DNA of 64,000 nucleotides from Terriglobia bacterium (GTDB lineage Bacteria; Acidobacteriota; Terriglobia; UBA7540): NCBI GenBank assembly GCA_030040315.1, contig JASHTY010000350.1, positions 2,781 to 66,780 of the forward strand, read 5' to 3'. Shown piece by piece: positions 55,283 to 64,000 of this stretch (position 1 is its first letter; each line of letters starts with the position of its first letter). The notes under the pieces were generated by a model. It saw only the letters and a program-made list of their open reading frames with translations, ran no database searches and was not told where the DNA came from. The position numbers and the translations under genes were made by a program.

Positions 55283-57016
55283 GTGTCGAGAATCTTTATA
55301 AGGCTTTCGTTCGCGATTCTTTTGAGCGCGTGCTTCGGAACCACGGTGCGCGCAGTCACCATTGTGGATGCTGCGTCTTGCTCGTCCTCAGACGTGCAGA
55401 CGGCTATCAATAACGCAGCGTCGGGTGACGTGGTGGTGGTGCCTTCCGGCAGTTGTACCTGGTCGAGCCAGGTAACTATAAGCGGCAAGGCGTTGACTCT
55501 CGCCGGCCAAACCGTATGCACCGGTTCCCCGCCCACCTCCTGCACGGATAATACGAATATCGCGTTGAACCTGAGCACCGAGGCCTTGAGTATTCCCTCG
55601 ACTTCCGCCACCGATTTCGTGCGAGTGACAGGATTTACCTTCACCATAGGGGCCAATGACGATTCCCACGGCCAGATCTACTTTGATGGCACCTTCCAGA
55701 CTGTCGGCTTCCGCTATGACCACAATCATCAGATTGTGAACACGGGAAATGTCGGCACCATCGCAATGGTGATTCTGGACGTCTTTGGCGTCATTGACCA
55801 CAATGTCTTCGACATCCAGGATACGGATACATCGGACCACGACGTCGACGTCTATGGCGACTGGGCCTCCGGTGGCTTCGTGTCCTGGCAGCAACCGTCG
55901 TCGCTGGGCACGAACCAGGCGGTCTACATGGAGAGCAACACTTTCAACAACGCCAACCAGAACGAAGAATGCACTGACGGCTACGCGGGCGCCCGCACGG
56001 TATTCCGCAACAACCAGGTCAACAACATTTTCATCGGCGAGCATGGGACGGATACGGGCTCCTACCGCTCCACATTCTCCCTCGAGGTTTACAACAATAT
56101 CTTTACCAACAATTCCTCTACAAATTTCGGCATGTTCCAGTCGCGTGGCGGCGTGGTCATGATTTGGGGAAATACCCAAAACGGCAGCGCCGTATGGGGT
56201 CCTGTTACTCTTCAATATTTCCGCCTGGCTTCGTTCGATCATGGAGGGATAGCCAACTGGGGCTACGTAGATGGAACGCAATGGCTGCTTGAGTCAACTA
56301 CCGACACAAACCAGACTCAAGGAAGGACTAACTCCACCGATGGGCCCAATTGGACGGCCAACACGGCGTATGTAGACCTTGCTCCAATAATCCCCACTTC
56401 GAATAATTCGGGCGGGTACAACTACACCGCCCAGGGAGCCTGCGTAAGCGGAGGCAGCGCGCCGTCCTTCAACCAGACGATGGGGGGAGACACCACCGAT
56501 GGCACCTGCACATGGTACAACGAGGGTGGGGGACCGGCAGGCTCGGCCGGTGCCTGGTGTGCAATCAACCGGGATTTTCCGGCGACATCCAATGCTGTGT
56601 GCGCGGCGCTTACTGCGGGCGATACTGCCACTACCTTCTTCGACGGTTCTGGAGCCGCTGGCTACCCTGCCAGAGACCAGCCGGGAATGACGCACAATCA
56701 GGTGCTGGCTGCGGACTACGAGTGGATCAACACTCCCGACGAGGGCTTTCAGAATCAGAGCGGCAGCCTGCTGGCCGCTAACCGTGATTACTACCAGTAC
56801 ACCACCAGTTTTACCGGCGCCACCGGTGTGGGAAGCGGACTGCTTTCGGCACGGCCGGCGACCTGCGTTCCCCAGGTTGCCTATTGGGCCACCGACCAGA
56901 ACACCCTTTACAAGTGCGCCACCGCGGGCTGGACCGCTTATTATACGCCCTTCACTTTTCCTGACCCTCTCACCATCCCCGCGGCCGCCTCGAGCCTTAA
57001 CGCGACCGCTTTCTGA
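55283..57016 (+). CDS. secreted protein, probable right-handed beta-helix (pectate-lyase-fold) glycan-active enzyme
   Basis: The start is GTG with GGGGGG 5 nt upstream. The signal peptide is MSRIFIRLSFAILLSACFGTTVRA. The N-terminal cap is VTIVDAASCSSSDVQTAINNAASGDVVVVPSGSCTWSSQVTISGKALTLAG. The composition is rich in N, T, G and W. Confidence 0.55.
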   Translation: MSRIFIRLSFAILLSACFGTTVRAVTIVDAASCSSSDVQTAINNAASGDVVVVPSGSCTWSSQVTISGKALTLAGQTVCTGSPPTSCTDNTNIALNLSTEALSIPSTSATDFVRVTGFTFTIGANDDSHGQIYFDGTFQTVGFRYDHNHQIVNTGNVGTIAMVILDVFGVIDHNVFDIQDTDTSDHDVDVYGDWASGGFVSWQQPSSLGTNQAVYMESNTFNNANQNEECTDGYAGARTVFRNNQVNNIFIGEHGTDTGSYRSTFSLEVYNNIFTNNSSTNFGMFQSRGGVVMIWGNTQNGSAVWGPVTLQYFRLASFDHGGIANWGYVDGTQWLLESTTDTNQTQGRTNSTDGPNWTANTAYVDLAPIIPTSNNSGGYNYTAQGACVSGGSAPSFNQTMGGDTTDGTCTWYNEGGGPAGSAGAWCAINRDFPATSNAVCAALTAGDTATTFFDGSGAAGYPARDQPGMTHNQVLAADYEWINTPDEGFQNQSGSLLAANRDYYQYTTSFTGATGVGSGLLSARPATCVPQVAYWATDQNTLYKCATAGWTAYYTPFTFPDPLTIPAAASSLNATAF

Positions 57017-57065
57017 TCGCAACGAAGTACTGTGGCGCAGTGCACAGCCTGCGTCGTTCGGAGCA

Positions 57066-57887
57066 TCAAACGTAGCAGACCGGAACATAGTCGGAGTGCC
57101 TTTTGCCCTGCATCGGCGGGCGCAACGGGCACTCCCGGGTTGGCCACTTGCTGCGATCCTCGTAAATGAAAACCTGATACTTTTCGGGGATGGAGTCGGA
57201 GGCATGAACCTCAACCCTGCCAAATTGTTCTTTATACCGGTCAAAATAGTCGGGGGCAGGGGCCCGCACGTGGCCGGCTTCGTGGGGATTGGGTTCGGAA
57301 TATTCAATGGTCTTTTCGCAAACGATGGGCACGGGTAGTATCGCAATACCGTCACGGCCGAGTACCCTGCGAACTTCCCTGACCGCTTTTCTATCGTCGG
57401 GAATGTGCTCCAGCACGTGAGAGGCATAAACGAAATCGTACGATCCGTCCTTGAACGGTAGATTGGTTATATCGACCTTATGATCTACTCCTTCCATACA
57501 TAGGTCGGCGGTTTCATACCGGGAAAATAGCCGGGAAAAGATGGGGGTCAGGAACTTTTCGGGAGCAAAATGGAGCATCCTCATTTGCCGCGAGTTCGTT
57601 TTTTCCAGGACGTTCTTCACCACCAGGTACTGGATTCGATGCCGTTCAAGCGCCCCGCAGGCAGGACATTGGGCGTGCCTGCGAGTACCGGCAAAAGAAT
57701 TGTAGTCCGCGAATGGGCCGGTATAAGCGCAGATCGGGCACTCAAATTTTTCCTTGTTACGATTCAACGCCCTGAAAAGGGGCAACGGCGGTCGAAGCTT
57801 GTTTTGGACCCTGTGCAGAACCTCAACGCCTTTGAGCAGCTTTGAGGGCTTGCGTATTCCGTGCGCGAGCTTTGTTTTGCTTTCCAT
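57066..57887 (-). CDS. class I SAM-dependent methyltransferase with N-terminal Zn-ribbon
   Basis: CPICAYTG...CPACGALERHR, then FVYASHVLEHIPDDRKAVREVRRVLGRDGIAILPVP. Confidence 0.8.
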   Translation of the reverse strand: MESKTKLAHGIRKPSKLLKGVEVLHRVQNKLRPPLPLFRALNRNKEKFECPICAYTGPFADYNSFAGTRRHAQCPACGALERHRIQYLVVKNVLEKTNSRQMRMLHFAPEKFLTPIFSRLFSRYETADLCMEGVDHKVDITNLPFKDGSYDFVYASHVLEHIPDDRKAVREVRRVLGRDGIAILPVPIVCEKTIEYSEPNPHEAGHVRAPAPDYFDRYKEQFGRVEVHASDSIPEKYQVFIYEDRSKWPTRECPLRPPMQGKRHSDYVPVCYV

Positions 57888-57951
57888 TGCGACTCCCTTT
57901 ACTTATTCAGTGGAGATCCGCCATGCCCGAATGGTAAGGGGCATGCCACCT

Positions 57952-59382
57952 TCAGGCAGTTTGATGACCAGAGGGTTCCGGATCCCAAACCTCTGTGGGG
58001 CCTAGACGGATGTCGGCCGGTTCTTCCATGACGCTCCCTTTCACAAGCGAGGCAGCAGGTGCTCGCTGCCTTACTCGCCAAGGGACTGTCATGGCGACAG
58101 GAAGAAATGATAGCCACATAAAATGCCACTTGAACGCGGCCTCCGTGACGTTATAAAAAAGCGTAACGGTCCATATCGCCAATGCGAATGATGCGAGCGG
58201 CGTAAATGGCTTCAGCAATTTGCAAATTTTCAGGTAGCTGGAGATTAAGAATCCCACAAGAAATGTGAGCCCGATGACGCCCAGGTTCAGGTAGACCTCC
58301 AGGTAACCGTCATGTGCCTCAGCGATACTTCCGACGTGGGAGGCCCAAACTGTTGCCAGCCGGGAACCCAGCCAAAAACTTTCATATCCGGTCCCAATGA
58401 TAGGATTGGTGTGCATGCTGAGCACAAGTTGCCAGATCTCGGTTCGCTCCGTGAACGTGGGGTCGCGACCCACTGCCTTCACCATCTCGGCGTTCAAATT
58501 AAGTCCGAAGGCAAGAATCGGATACAGACAAAGGCACAGGGGTATCATCGCCTTCAGAAGACCGGGATTCCGCTGGATCATCCGGGTGTGCGCAAGGAAG
58601 ATTATCACGCAGGCAAGCCCAAAGCAGACGCGGCAGGTGGCGCTGTTGGCAAGGAGAAGCAATCGAAACGACAAAGCGAAAAATACAATGTTGACCAGGA
58701 TGATGAGTTTCGTCCGTGACTTTTTCCGCTCGGACCAGCGCGCCACCGTGTCCCAGAGGAAGTAAATTCCGGCAACGAGGCATATGACTCCCAGGCCGTT
58801 CTTGCTGGTTGATGGGCCCACGAACATCGCGGCCCCGGTCCAGGGATTGAATTGCATCCCCTGAAGCGGATAATACTTGGCAAGCAGGAAAGAAAGAGGA
58901 ATCATCAGATAACCTAGCCGCCGGAACACTGCGCGCAGAGCTAGTAATGGGTCCGGGTCCGTCAGGATAACGAGAATCACAAAATAGTGGCCCAGGTCGC
59001 GAAACCACCGCTTCAAGGCAATCAGCGTAAAGTCAGACCACACAACGCTGACCAGCGCGAAAACCAGATAGGCCATCAGCCAGGCATTTCGCCGGATAAA
59101 GCCGCCCCACTTAAATGACCGCGACAACAAAACACCGAAGGCCAGAAGGATGATGAGGGCGGAAATCATCCGGTCCATCGGATCCCCTTCTTGAAGCCCC
59201 TGCAAGGTCGACAGGCCGCCAGCAAAATTCATCCACTGAGTAGGAAATCGGGTTGCAACGATGAACATCCAGGCAATTGGCAGCCACAGCGCGAGCGAGG
59301 TCTTGGGCTCCTTGGCGGGGTCGAAAACCAGGAGCGTCAGCAGGAGGACAAACCACAAACCAAGTGCTACTGTAGGAGGCAT
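57952..59382 (-). CDS. wzy: O-antigen ligase/polymerase family membrane protein
   Basis: About 11 TM segments and the characteristic loop ...IIGTGYESFWLG...AHDGYLEVYLNLGVIGL. Confidence 0.78.
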   Translation of the reverse strand: MPPTVALGLWFVLLLTLLVFDPAKEPKTSLALWLPIAWMFIVATRFPTQWMNFAGGLSTLQGLQEGDPMDRMISALIILLAFGVLLSRSFKWGGFIRRNAWLMAYLVFALVSVVWSDFTLIALKRWFRDLGHYFVILVILTDPDPLLALRAVFRRLGYLMIPLSFLLAKYYPLQGMQFNPWTGAAMFVGPSTSKNGLGVICLVAGIYFLWDTVARWSERKKSRTKLIILVNIVFFALSFRLLLLANSATCRVCFGLACVIIFLAHTRMIQRNPGLLKAMIPLCLCLYPILAFGLNLNAEMVKAVGRDPTFTERTEIWQLVLSMHTNPIIGTGYESFWLGSRLATVWASHVGSIAEAHDGYLEVYLNLGVIGLTFLVGFLISSYLKICKLLKPFTPLASFALAIWTVTLFYNVTEAAFKWHFMWLSFLPVAMTVPWRVRQRAPAASLVKGSVMEEPADIRLGPTEVWDPEPSGHQTA

Positions 59383-59401
59383 GGGATAGATTCTGCCCTG
59401 G

Positions 59402-60322
59402 TCATTTGCTCCAGCAGGGAATGCATTCCCGAACTTTCAAGGGTAGATTAGAGGGACGACGGGAAGGTTCGATCTTTCCCGGTAATTTCGTAGCTAAACC
59501 TTGGCCGGGAAGACTTCCTCCGGCTGGAGACGTCCTCAGGAGAAAGGTGGTTTCTCCCCGCTCCCATCTCAAATCGAAGTTCGCTGTAGCCGCGAACACT
59601 GAGTCACTGCACCCCTTCTTGAATCGATCATGGGTCTCTATGGCTATCCCGCCCACATGATCTATCCAGGTTGCGGAGTTTTCGAACAGTTCCTTTTCTG
59701 CTCCCTCAACATCGACCTTCAGAAGGTCAATATAACCAATCCCATTATTCTCCATCAGCGTGTTCACGGTAATGCCCAGCACGGAGCAGCCATTGGCTTT
59801 CGAAACTCGTTGGTCCTCAGATTGCGTAACTTGAAATCCCCAAAAATCCCAAACGCCGTCCCTTGATTCAGAAAGCCTGAGTTCACAGTCCGCCTTCCAA
59901 AGCGCCGCTCGCACCGGGGTTATGTTGGAGTACGGGACTGTGTTTTTTCTGAGCATCTCGTAATTCGCCTTTTCAGGTTCAATTGCAAGAATCCGCGCTT
60001 GTGGATACTGGTTCGCGTACCACACCGAGGCCAGGCCAATGTTGGCCCCAGCGTCTACGATGATCCGGGGATTTATCGGGTAAGCCAAGGCATATTGAGA
60101 ATCCAACAAGATTTCTGAAAACACCTCGATATCGGAAGTCCTTAGTCGCAAGTGAAGTGGATGGGTAATTCCTGGCAACTTCAATTCAACTTGGATCTGT
60201 TTCTTGAACAACCGGGATTTTAGTGTCAGAAAAAGACCGTGAATTCCGAACAGCCTATAGTGAGTTGCAGCTTCGCGGATAGCATTATCAAGCTTGCCTG
60301 CAATGGTTCTTGCGAAACTCAC
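59402..60322 (-). CDS. FkbM family methyltransferase
   Basis: IIVDAGANIGLASVWYANQYPQARILAIEPEKANYEML and LLKVDVEGAE. Confidence 0.88.
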   Translation of the reverse strand: MSFARTIAGKLDNAIREAATHYRLFGIHGLFLTLKSRLFKKQIQVELKLPGITHPLHLRLRTSDIEVFSEILLDSQYALAYPINPRIIVDAGANIGLASVWYANQYPQARILAIEPEKANYEMLRKNTVPYSNITPVRAALWKADCELRLSESRDGVWDFWGFQVTQSEDQRVSKANGCSVLGITVNTLMENNGIGYIDLLKVDVEGAEKELFENSATWIDHVGGIAIETHDRFKKGCSDSVFAATANFDLRWERGETTFLLRTSPAGGSLPGQGLATKLPGKIEPSRRPSNLPLKVRECIPCWSK

Positions 60323-60391
60323 TATGGCACCTCCGTCGAAAGGGCGTTTGCCTAACCCGGCCCGACTTGCGAAGTGATGATTTGACTTGAT

Positions 60392-62071
60392 TTAATGCCG
60401 CATCGGCAGGGACTGCGGCACTTCGTGTGCACCCTCTGCGCTCTCCGCGACGGGAGAATCCTGGTAGCGACGCAGACCGCCTCGTAGGATGTCGCCTTCC
60501 ATTCGACGCTCATGAACCCTTAAGCGCAACCCGGGCACGCGGTCATGCTCGTCGGAACCGTCTGACGGGATGACCACCTCAGGGGCGGTTCCATCCTGCT
60601 TGAAAACGGCTGAGCGCCGCTTGCGGAACCACGCCACGGCCTGGCTCACCGTCGCAAACCAAACGCCGCGCTTCCGCAAATCTTTGAGCAGGTCGCCATA
60701 CGCATCCCCCCAGAGCCTCTCGGGAGCGAGGCTGCGGTCGTGCCAATTGATCGTCAGGCATCCTTCATACCGGCTGACATTTTCAACCAGCTTTCCAAGC
60801 AATGCAGTCGCCTCACCTGAAGAAAGCCCCAGGTAATCCGGGTAAAACATTGCCGTATCCATGGCGTGCAACGGGAGTTCGAGCAATCGGTTTGCCCCAA
60901 GCGGCTTGAACACCTGTGTCGTGCCTGCCTTATATCCCACCGTCTGGTTATAACCAACCGTGGAATCGTAGGCGGCACCGGCCCCTTCCAAAGCTCGGGG
61001 CGATTGTTGGTCGTAGTACAGCCAGTGCATGCGGACGCCGGCACTCTGAGTTCCCGTCAGGCGTGCGATCTCATTCATTTCTTCCCGCCCGCTTGCCGAA
61101 TCCAGCCAGGCGTCAATCCCATGAAGTCCAATTTCGCAGCCCGCGGCAATGAGCCGTTGAATCGTCGTTTCCAAATCCCGCGCACCATAGCCCGAAGCAC
61201 GATAGTTTGGCGCTTGTCCATCCCGCTTGTTGCCCGGTCGCCCCTTGAAGGGAATGACGAAAAATGTCGACCTCAGTCCGTTTTCCGCCTTGAGGTAGCG
61301 ATCACCAAAATTCCCCCAGAAGTCCTTTGCCACGCCCATATAGACGAAGGGCAGCTTCAGTGCGGCGCCGAAATTGGAAAGCAGATTACGCGCCGAGACT
61401 CTTCCCCGAAAAAAGCTCCGAATTGAACCGAGTGTCGCCCGATAAAGAAACCCGAACATCGTGCGATCGCATTTGTGCCGGCCGATTAAGGGGTGGTCCA
61501 CGTCGTGAGTCAGGCAAACAATGAAGCGATGCCCCTCAGGAGCGGGTGGAATTTCATAAAGAGCAACGCCGCAGCCGGTGATGAGATCTCTCAGCAACTC
61601 AATGTGCATCTCAAGCGTTGGTTGTTGGGCATTGACAACGGGTTGGCCCTCCTCCAGCAGCTTGCGCACCTCGCCAAACAGGTCATACCCAATGCGCGCG
61701 ATGACCCTCCCGTTCCCGCGGCGCAGAAATCCCATGCATCCGTGCGTCTCTTCACCAGCAAGAAAGCAGTCTTTCTCGTCCAAAAAGGTGACCGTATCAC
61801 CGTAGATCGGAATCGAGTTGCCCTGGAATGAGATCCTGCTTGGCCGGCTTAGTTGAGGGCCAACCCGGAAACCCATACTTTCATCGCATCGAGTCTTCGA
61901 GCCTGCGAAGCAAATTGCGACTCTGGCATTTCCTTCGGGCTCGCAGTCACCCACACAGAGAAGAACATCGTACTTCCGCCCGCGGCGGTAGAATTCCCAC
62001 GGAGTTTTGAAGAGCTCAAAAAACTCGCAGATTAGATCCCTGTCCGTGACATCGCCGGCCACGCCAATCAT
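60392..62071 (-). CDS. deacetylase-like protein (divergent CE4-like core) with N-terminal domain of unknown function
   Basis: FIVCLTHDVDHP, CEIGLHGIDAW and GVRMHWLY. The architecture parallels the 17058-18479 protein. Confidence 0.5.
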   Translation of the reverse strand: MIGVAGDVTDRDLICEFFELFKTPWEFYRRGRKYDVLLCVGDCEPEGNARVAICFAGSKTRCDESMGFRVGPQLSRPSRISFQGNSIPIYGDTVTFLDEKDCFLAGEETHGCMGFLRRGNGRVIARIGYDLFGEVRKLLEEGQPVVNAQQPTLEMHIELLRDLITGCGVALYEIPPAPEGHRFIVCLTHDVDHPLIGRHKCDRTMFGFLYRATLGSIRSFFRGRVSARNLLSNFGAALKLPFVYMGVAKDFWGNFGDRYLKAENGLRSTFFVIPFKGRPGNKRDGQAPNYRASGYGARDLETTIQRLIAAGCEIGLHGIDAWLDSASGREEMNEIARLTGTQSAGVRMHWLYYDQQSPRALEGAGAAYDSTVGYNQTVGYKAGTTQVFKPLGANRLLELPLHAMDTAMFYPDYLGLSSGEATALLGKLVENVSRYEGCLTINWHDRSLAPERLWGDAYGDLLKDLRKRGVWFATVSQAVAWFRKRRSAVFKQDGTAPEVVIPSDGSDEHDRVPGLRLRVHERRMEGDILRGGLRRYQDSPVAESAEGAHEVPQSLPMRH

Positions 62072-62083
62072 TGCTCAGGGCTC

Positions 62084-63973
62084 CTAGCTCATCGCAGCCA
62101 CAGGCGTTTCGTGAGCCCGAAGCCACTCTTCAAAAACCACAAGGCTGAACAGGATTTTGTGATTGTCCTGCCGGCCCGAGGAATGCTGATCAAGCAAATC
62201 GCGCACCGCATCCGGCCGCAAGTATTGATAGATCCTGGCGCTGGAATCATGGAGGGTGTCCGTCATTTTGCTGTCAATCGCCCCGCGAAACCACTCATCC
62301 ACAACATTCACGGCGAACCCGCGCTTGGGCCGCTTCAAGATTTTCGGATCAAGGAAGCTCTTGCATACCTGCCGATGCAGGAACTTTCTGGATCCTTTCC
62401 TTACTTTCAGGCTGGCAGGAAGCCGCTCGACGTACTCAACAATTTCCTTGTCCACAAAGGGAACCCGAAGCTCAAGGCTATGAGCCATGGAAAGCTTATC
62501 GGCGTACATCAACAGCTCATCAGGCAGTGTGGAGCGGACTTCCAGGAACTGTAACCCGCCCAGCTCGTCGGTATCCGTCATGAGATCCGCCATGCTGGCC
62601 CAGCAATCCAGAATGGCATCTCCGGCAGTGGGCCCAAGCATACCGTCCCGGAACAAGCGGTCTACCTCGTCCCCCGGCAGGAGCGACAAAACATACTGAT
62701 ACCTTCTCATCCTGTCAGGTGTGGCCAGTGAGTGAACGCCTCGCTTCAGCATCTCATTTCGCGGTAAGGCGCCAATGGCTGAGGAAATAGGTGCGCGCAC
62801 CCACTTGGGCAGCCGCGCCCAGTGTTGGCCATAGCGAACACCCAGGTGACGGCGATAGCCACCGAACAATTCATCCGGCCCCTGCCCGACCAGCGCCACC
62901 TTGACGTCGCGATGCGCGCGCTCGCAGACAAAATACATGGGAACGATGGAAGACGCGGCAATGGGTTCTTCCAGGCAGGCAACAATCTTCGGCAACGTCT
63001 CCTCAAAAGTCGCCCGGGAGATCGTAACCGGAGTGTGCTTGGAGCCCAGCATGCGGGCGGTTTCTGCGGCGTCGGCCAACTCGTCGTCGGCAAACGCCGA
63101 GCCGTATCCCACGGTGTAGGTGGGCCAGGAGCTCCCGTTCAGATTCATCAGTGAAAGCAGCAGCCCCGAATCAATACCGCCGCTCAGGAGCAAGCCTACG
63201 GGCACATCGCTGATCAACTGGCGCTTGATTGCACCCTTGTAGAGGGCGAGCAGCTCTTCCCGGGCCCCACCCACAGTTTTGGGCGGCGTGAAAGGCGTCG
63301 GCCGGAAGCGGTACCACCGGCTTACCTGGTAGTCTCCATTCTCGACGGTCAATTTGGTGCCTGGCGCAAGCTTGTGCACGCCTTTGAGAATCGTGAAAGG
63401 TGACGGTGTGTAGCGGTACCGCAGGAAAAGATTCAATGAGGTGGTATCGATCTCTGCTCTTTCGCGCATCGTAGCGCTGGCAGCTCGCATTTCCGATCCA
63501 AAATACAGCCGGTCACCGTCAATCCGGTAGTACAGCAGTTTGATCCCAAATGGATCGCGCGCCAGAACCAGCCGGCGCTTTCTGACGTCCCAAATGCCCA
63601 GTCCGAACATGCCATTCAGGCGGTTGAGCACCTCATCGCCCCACTGCTTATATCCGTGGATGATGACTTCCGTATCGGAACGAGTGCGGAAGACGTGGCC
63701 ATAACCTTCCAGCTCGCGCTTGAGTTCCGGGAAGTTATAGATTTCACCATTAAAGACCACCCAGACGGATTCATCCTTGTCCGACATGGGCTGGTGGCCG
63801 CCCCCCAGATCGATGATCGAGAGCCTGCGAAACCCGAATCCCAGCGGTCCAGCGATGTAGAATCCCTCGTCGTCGGGTCCACGGTGGACAAGGGTGTTGG
63901 TCATCGCCTCGATGTCATGGCGCCGGACGGGCTCCGGATTCCCAAAGTTGAATTGTCCGCATATTCCGCACAT
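62084..63973 (-). CDS. asnB: asparagine synthase (glutamine-hydrolysing) family amidotransferase
   Basis: MCGICG N-terminal nucleophile and the PP-loop LLSGGIDSG. Length is 629 aa. Confidence 0.92.
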   Translation of the reverse strand: MCGICGQFNFGNPEPVRRHDIEAMTNTLVHRGPDDEGFYIAGPLGFGFRRLSIIDLGGGHQPMSDKDESVWVVFNGEIYNFPELKRELEGYGHVFRTRSDTEVIIHGYKQWGDEVLNRLNGMFGLGIWDVRKRRLVLARDPFGIKLLYYRIDGDRLYFGSEMRAASATMRERAEIDTTSLNLFLRYRYTPSPFTILKGVHKLAPGTKLTVENGDYQVSRWYRFRPTPFTPPKTVGGAREELLALYKGAIKRQLISDVPVGLLLSGGIDSGLLLSLMNLNGSSWPTYTVGYGSAFADDELADAAETARMLGSKHTPVTISRATFEETLPKIVACLEEPIAASSIVPMYFVCERAHRDVKVALVGQGPDELFGGYRRHLGVRYGQHWARLPKWVRAPISSAIGALPRNEMLKRGVHSLATPDRMRRYQYVLSLLPGDEVDRLFRDGMLGPTAGDAILDCWASMADLMTDTDELGGLQFLEVRSTLPDELLMYADKLSMAHSLELRVPFVDKEIVEYVERLPASLKVRKGSRKFLHRQVCKSFLDPKILKRPKRGFAVNVVDEWFRGAIDSKMTDTLHDSSARIYQYLRPDAVRDLLDQHSSGRQDNHKILFSLVVFEEWLRAHETPVAAMS

Positions 63974-64000
63974 AATTTGCAGTTACTTTATGGATTTAGC

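Noticed and set aside
56900-57016. Possible PEP-CTERM sorting signal at the C-terminus of the secreted protein
   Set aside because: The C-terminus (...FTFPDPLTIPAAASSLNATAF) has no PEP motif followed by a TM helix and basic tail. No exosortase gene is present in the window.
55388-57427. Two long minus-strand ORFs (297 and 377 codons) opposite the secreted-protein gene
   Set aside because: Their products are Gly/Arg/Ala/Val-rich without motifs. The plus-strand frame has a signal peptide, an SD-like G-run and protein-like composition. The second ORF also overlaps the well-supported methyltransferase in another frame.
1-64000. Searched by eye for CRISPR repeats, tRNA/rRNA genes, transposases/integrases, toxin-antitoxin pairs and known defence-system genes
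   Set aside because: None was recognised. The only repeats seen are short: the 68-nt palindrome, the 10-mer pair, and the homopolymer tracts. A computational scan (tRNAscan, a CRISPR finder, IS and defence HMMs) would be needed for a definitive negative.

Overview
This window looks like a chromosomal segment from a high-GC soil bacterium. An Acidobacteriota-like origin is only an inference, from the DUF1800/DUF1501 pair, the sigma-54 two-component pair and a CACAGAG-type palindromic element. No rRNA, tRNA, CRISPR array, transposase or integrase was recognised. Region 1-10 kb holds housekeeping and regulatory genes: DUF1800/DUF1501, a PPC-domain lipoprotein, a Coa1-like protein, a PAS-GAF-GGDEF cyclase, an SDR epimerase, and a histidine kinase with a sigma-54 response regulator. 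Region 10.1-13.9 kb holds an Opp/Dpp-type ABC importer in the order ATPase-ATPase-permease-permease, with no binding-protein gene. Region 14.6-64 kb is an almost uninterrupted minus-strand surface-polysaccharide locus of about 40 genes with many overlapping or tightly spaced junctions. It contains at least 7 glycosyltransferases and both Wzx/Wzy-type and Wzm/Wzt-type export genes. It also contains a CDP-sugar tailoring block and many non-sugar decoration enzymes: carbamoyl, acetyl, pyruvyl, methyl, phosphoglycerol-type, amido/ATP-grasp and sulfate. The most notable subsystem is a self-contained sulfation module: a TauE-type permease, a fused ATP sulfurylase/APS kinase, CysQ and a sulfotransferase. 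It sits directly next to wzm/wzt and predicts a sulfated glycan. Other items worth a second look: a C8 tract at the sat/cysC domain junction; a T9 tract at the 5' end of a GT-C-like gene; an unannotated 49-codon DUF5989 gene completing an SxtJ/DUF5989/carbamoyltransferase trio; a translationally coupled deacetylase-like/flavoprotein/ATP-grasp cassette; a 68-nt imperfect palindrome between the kinase and regulator genes; and a single plus-strand secreted beta-helix-like protein with a palindrome over its putative -35. All functional calls come from reading motifs by eye. No database search was run.
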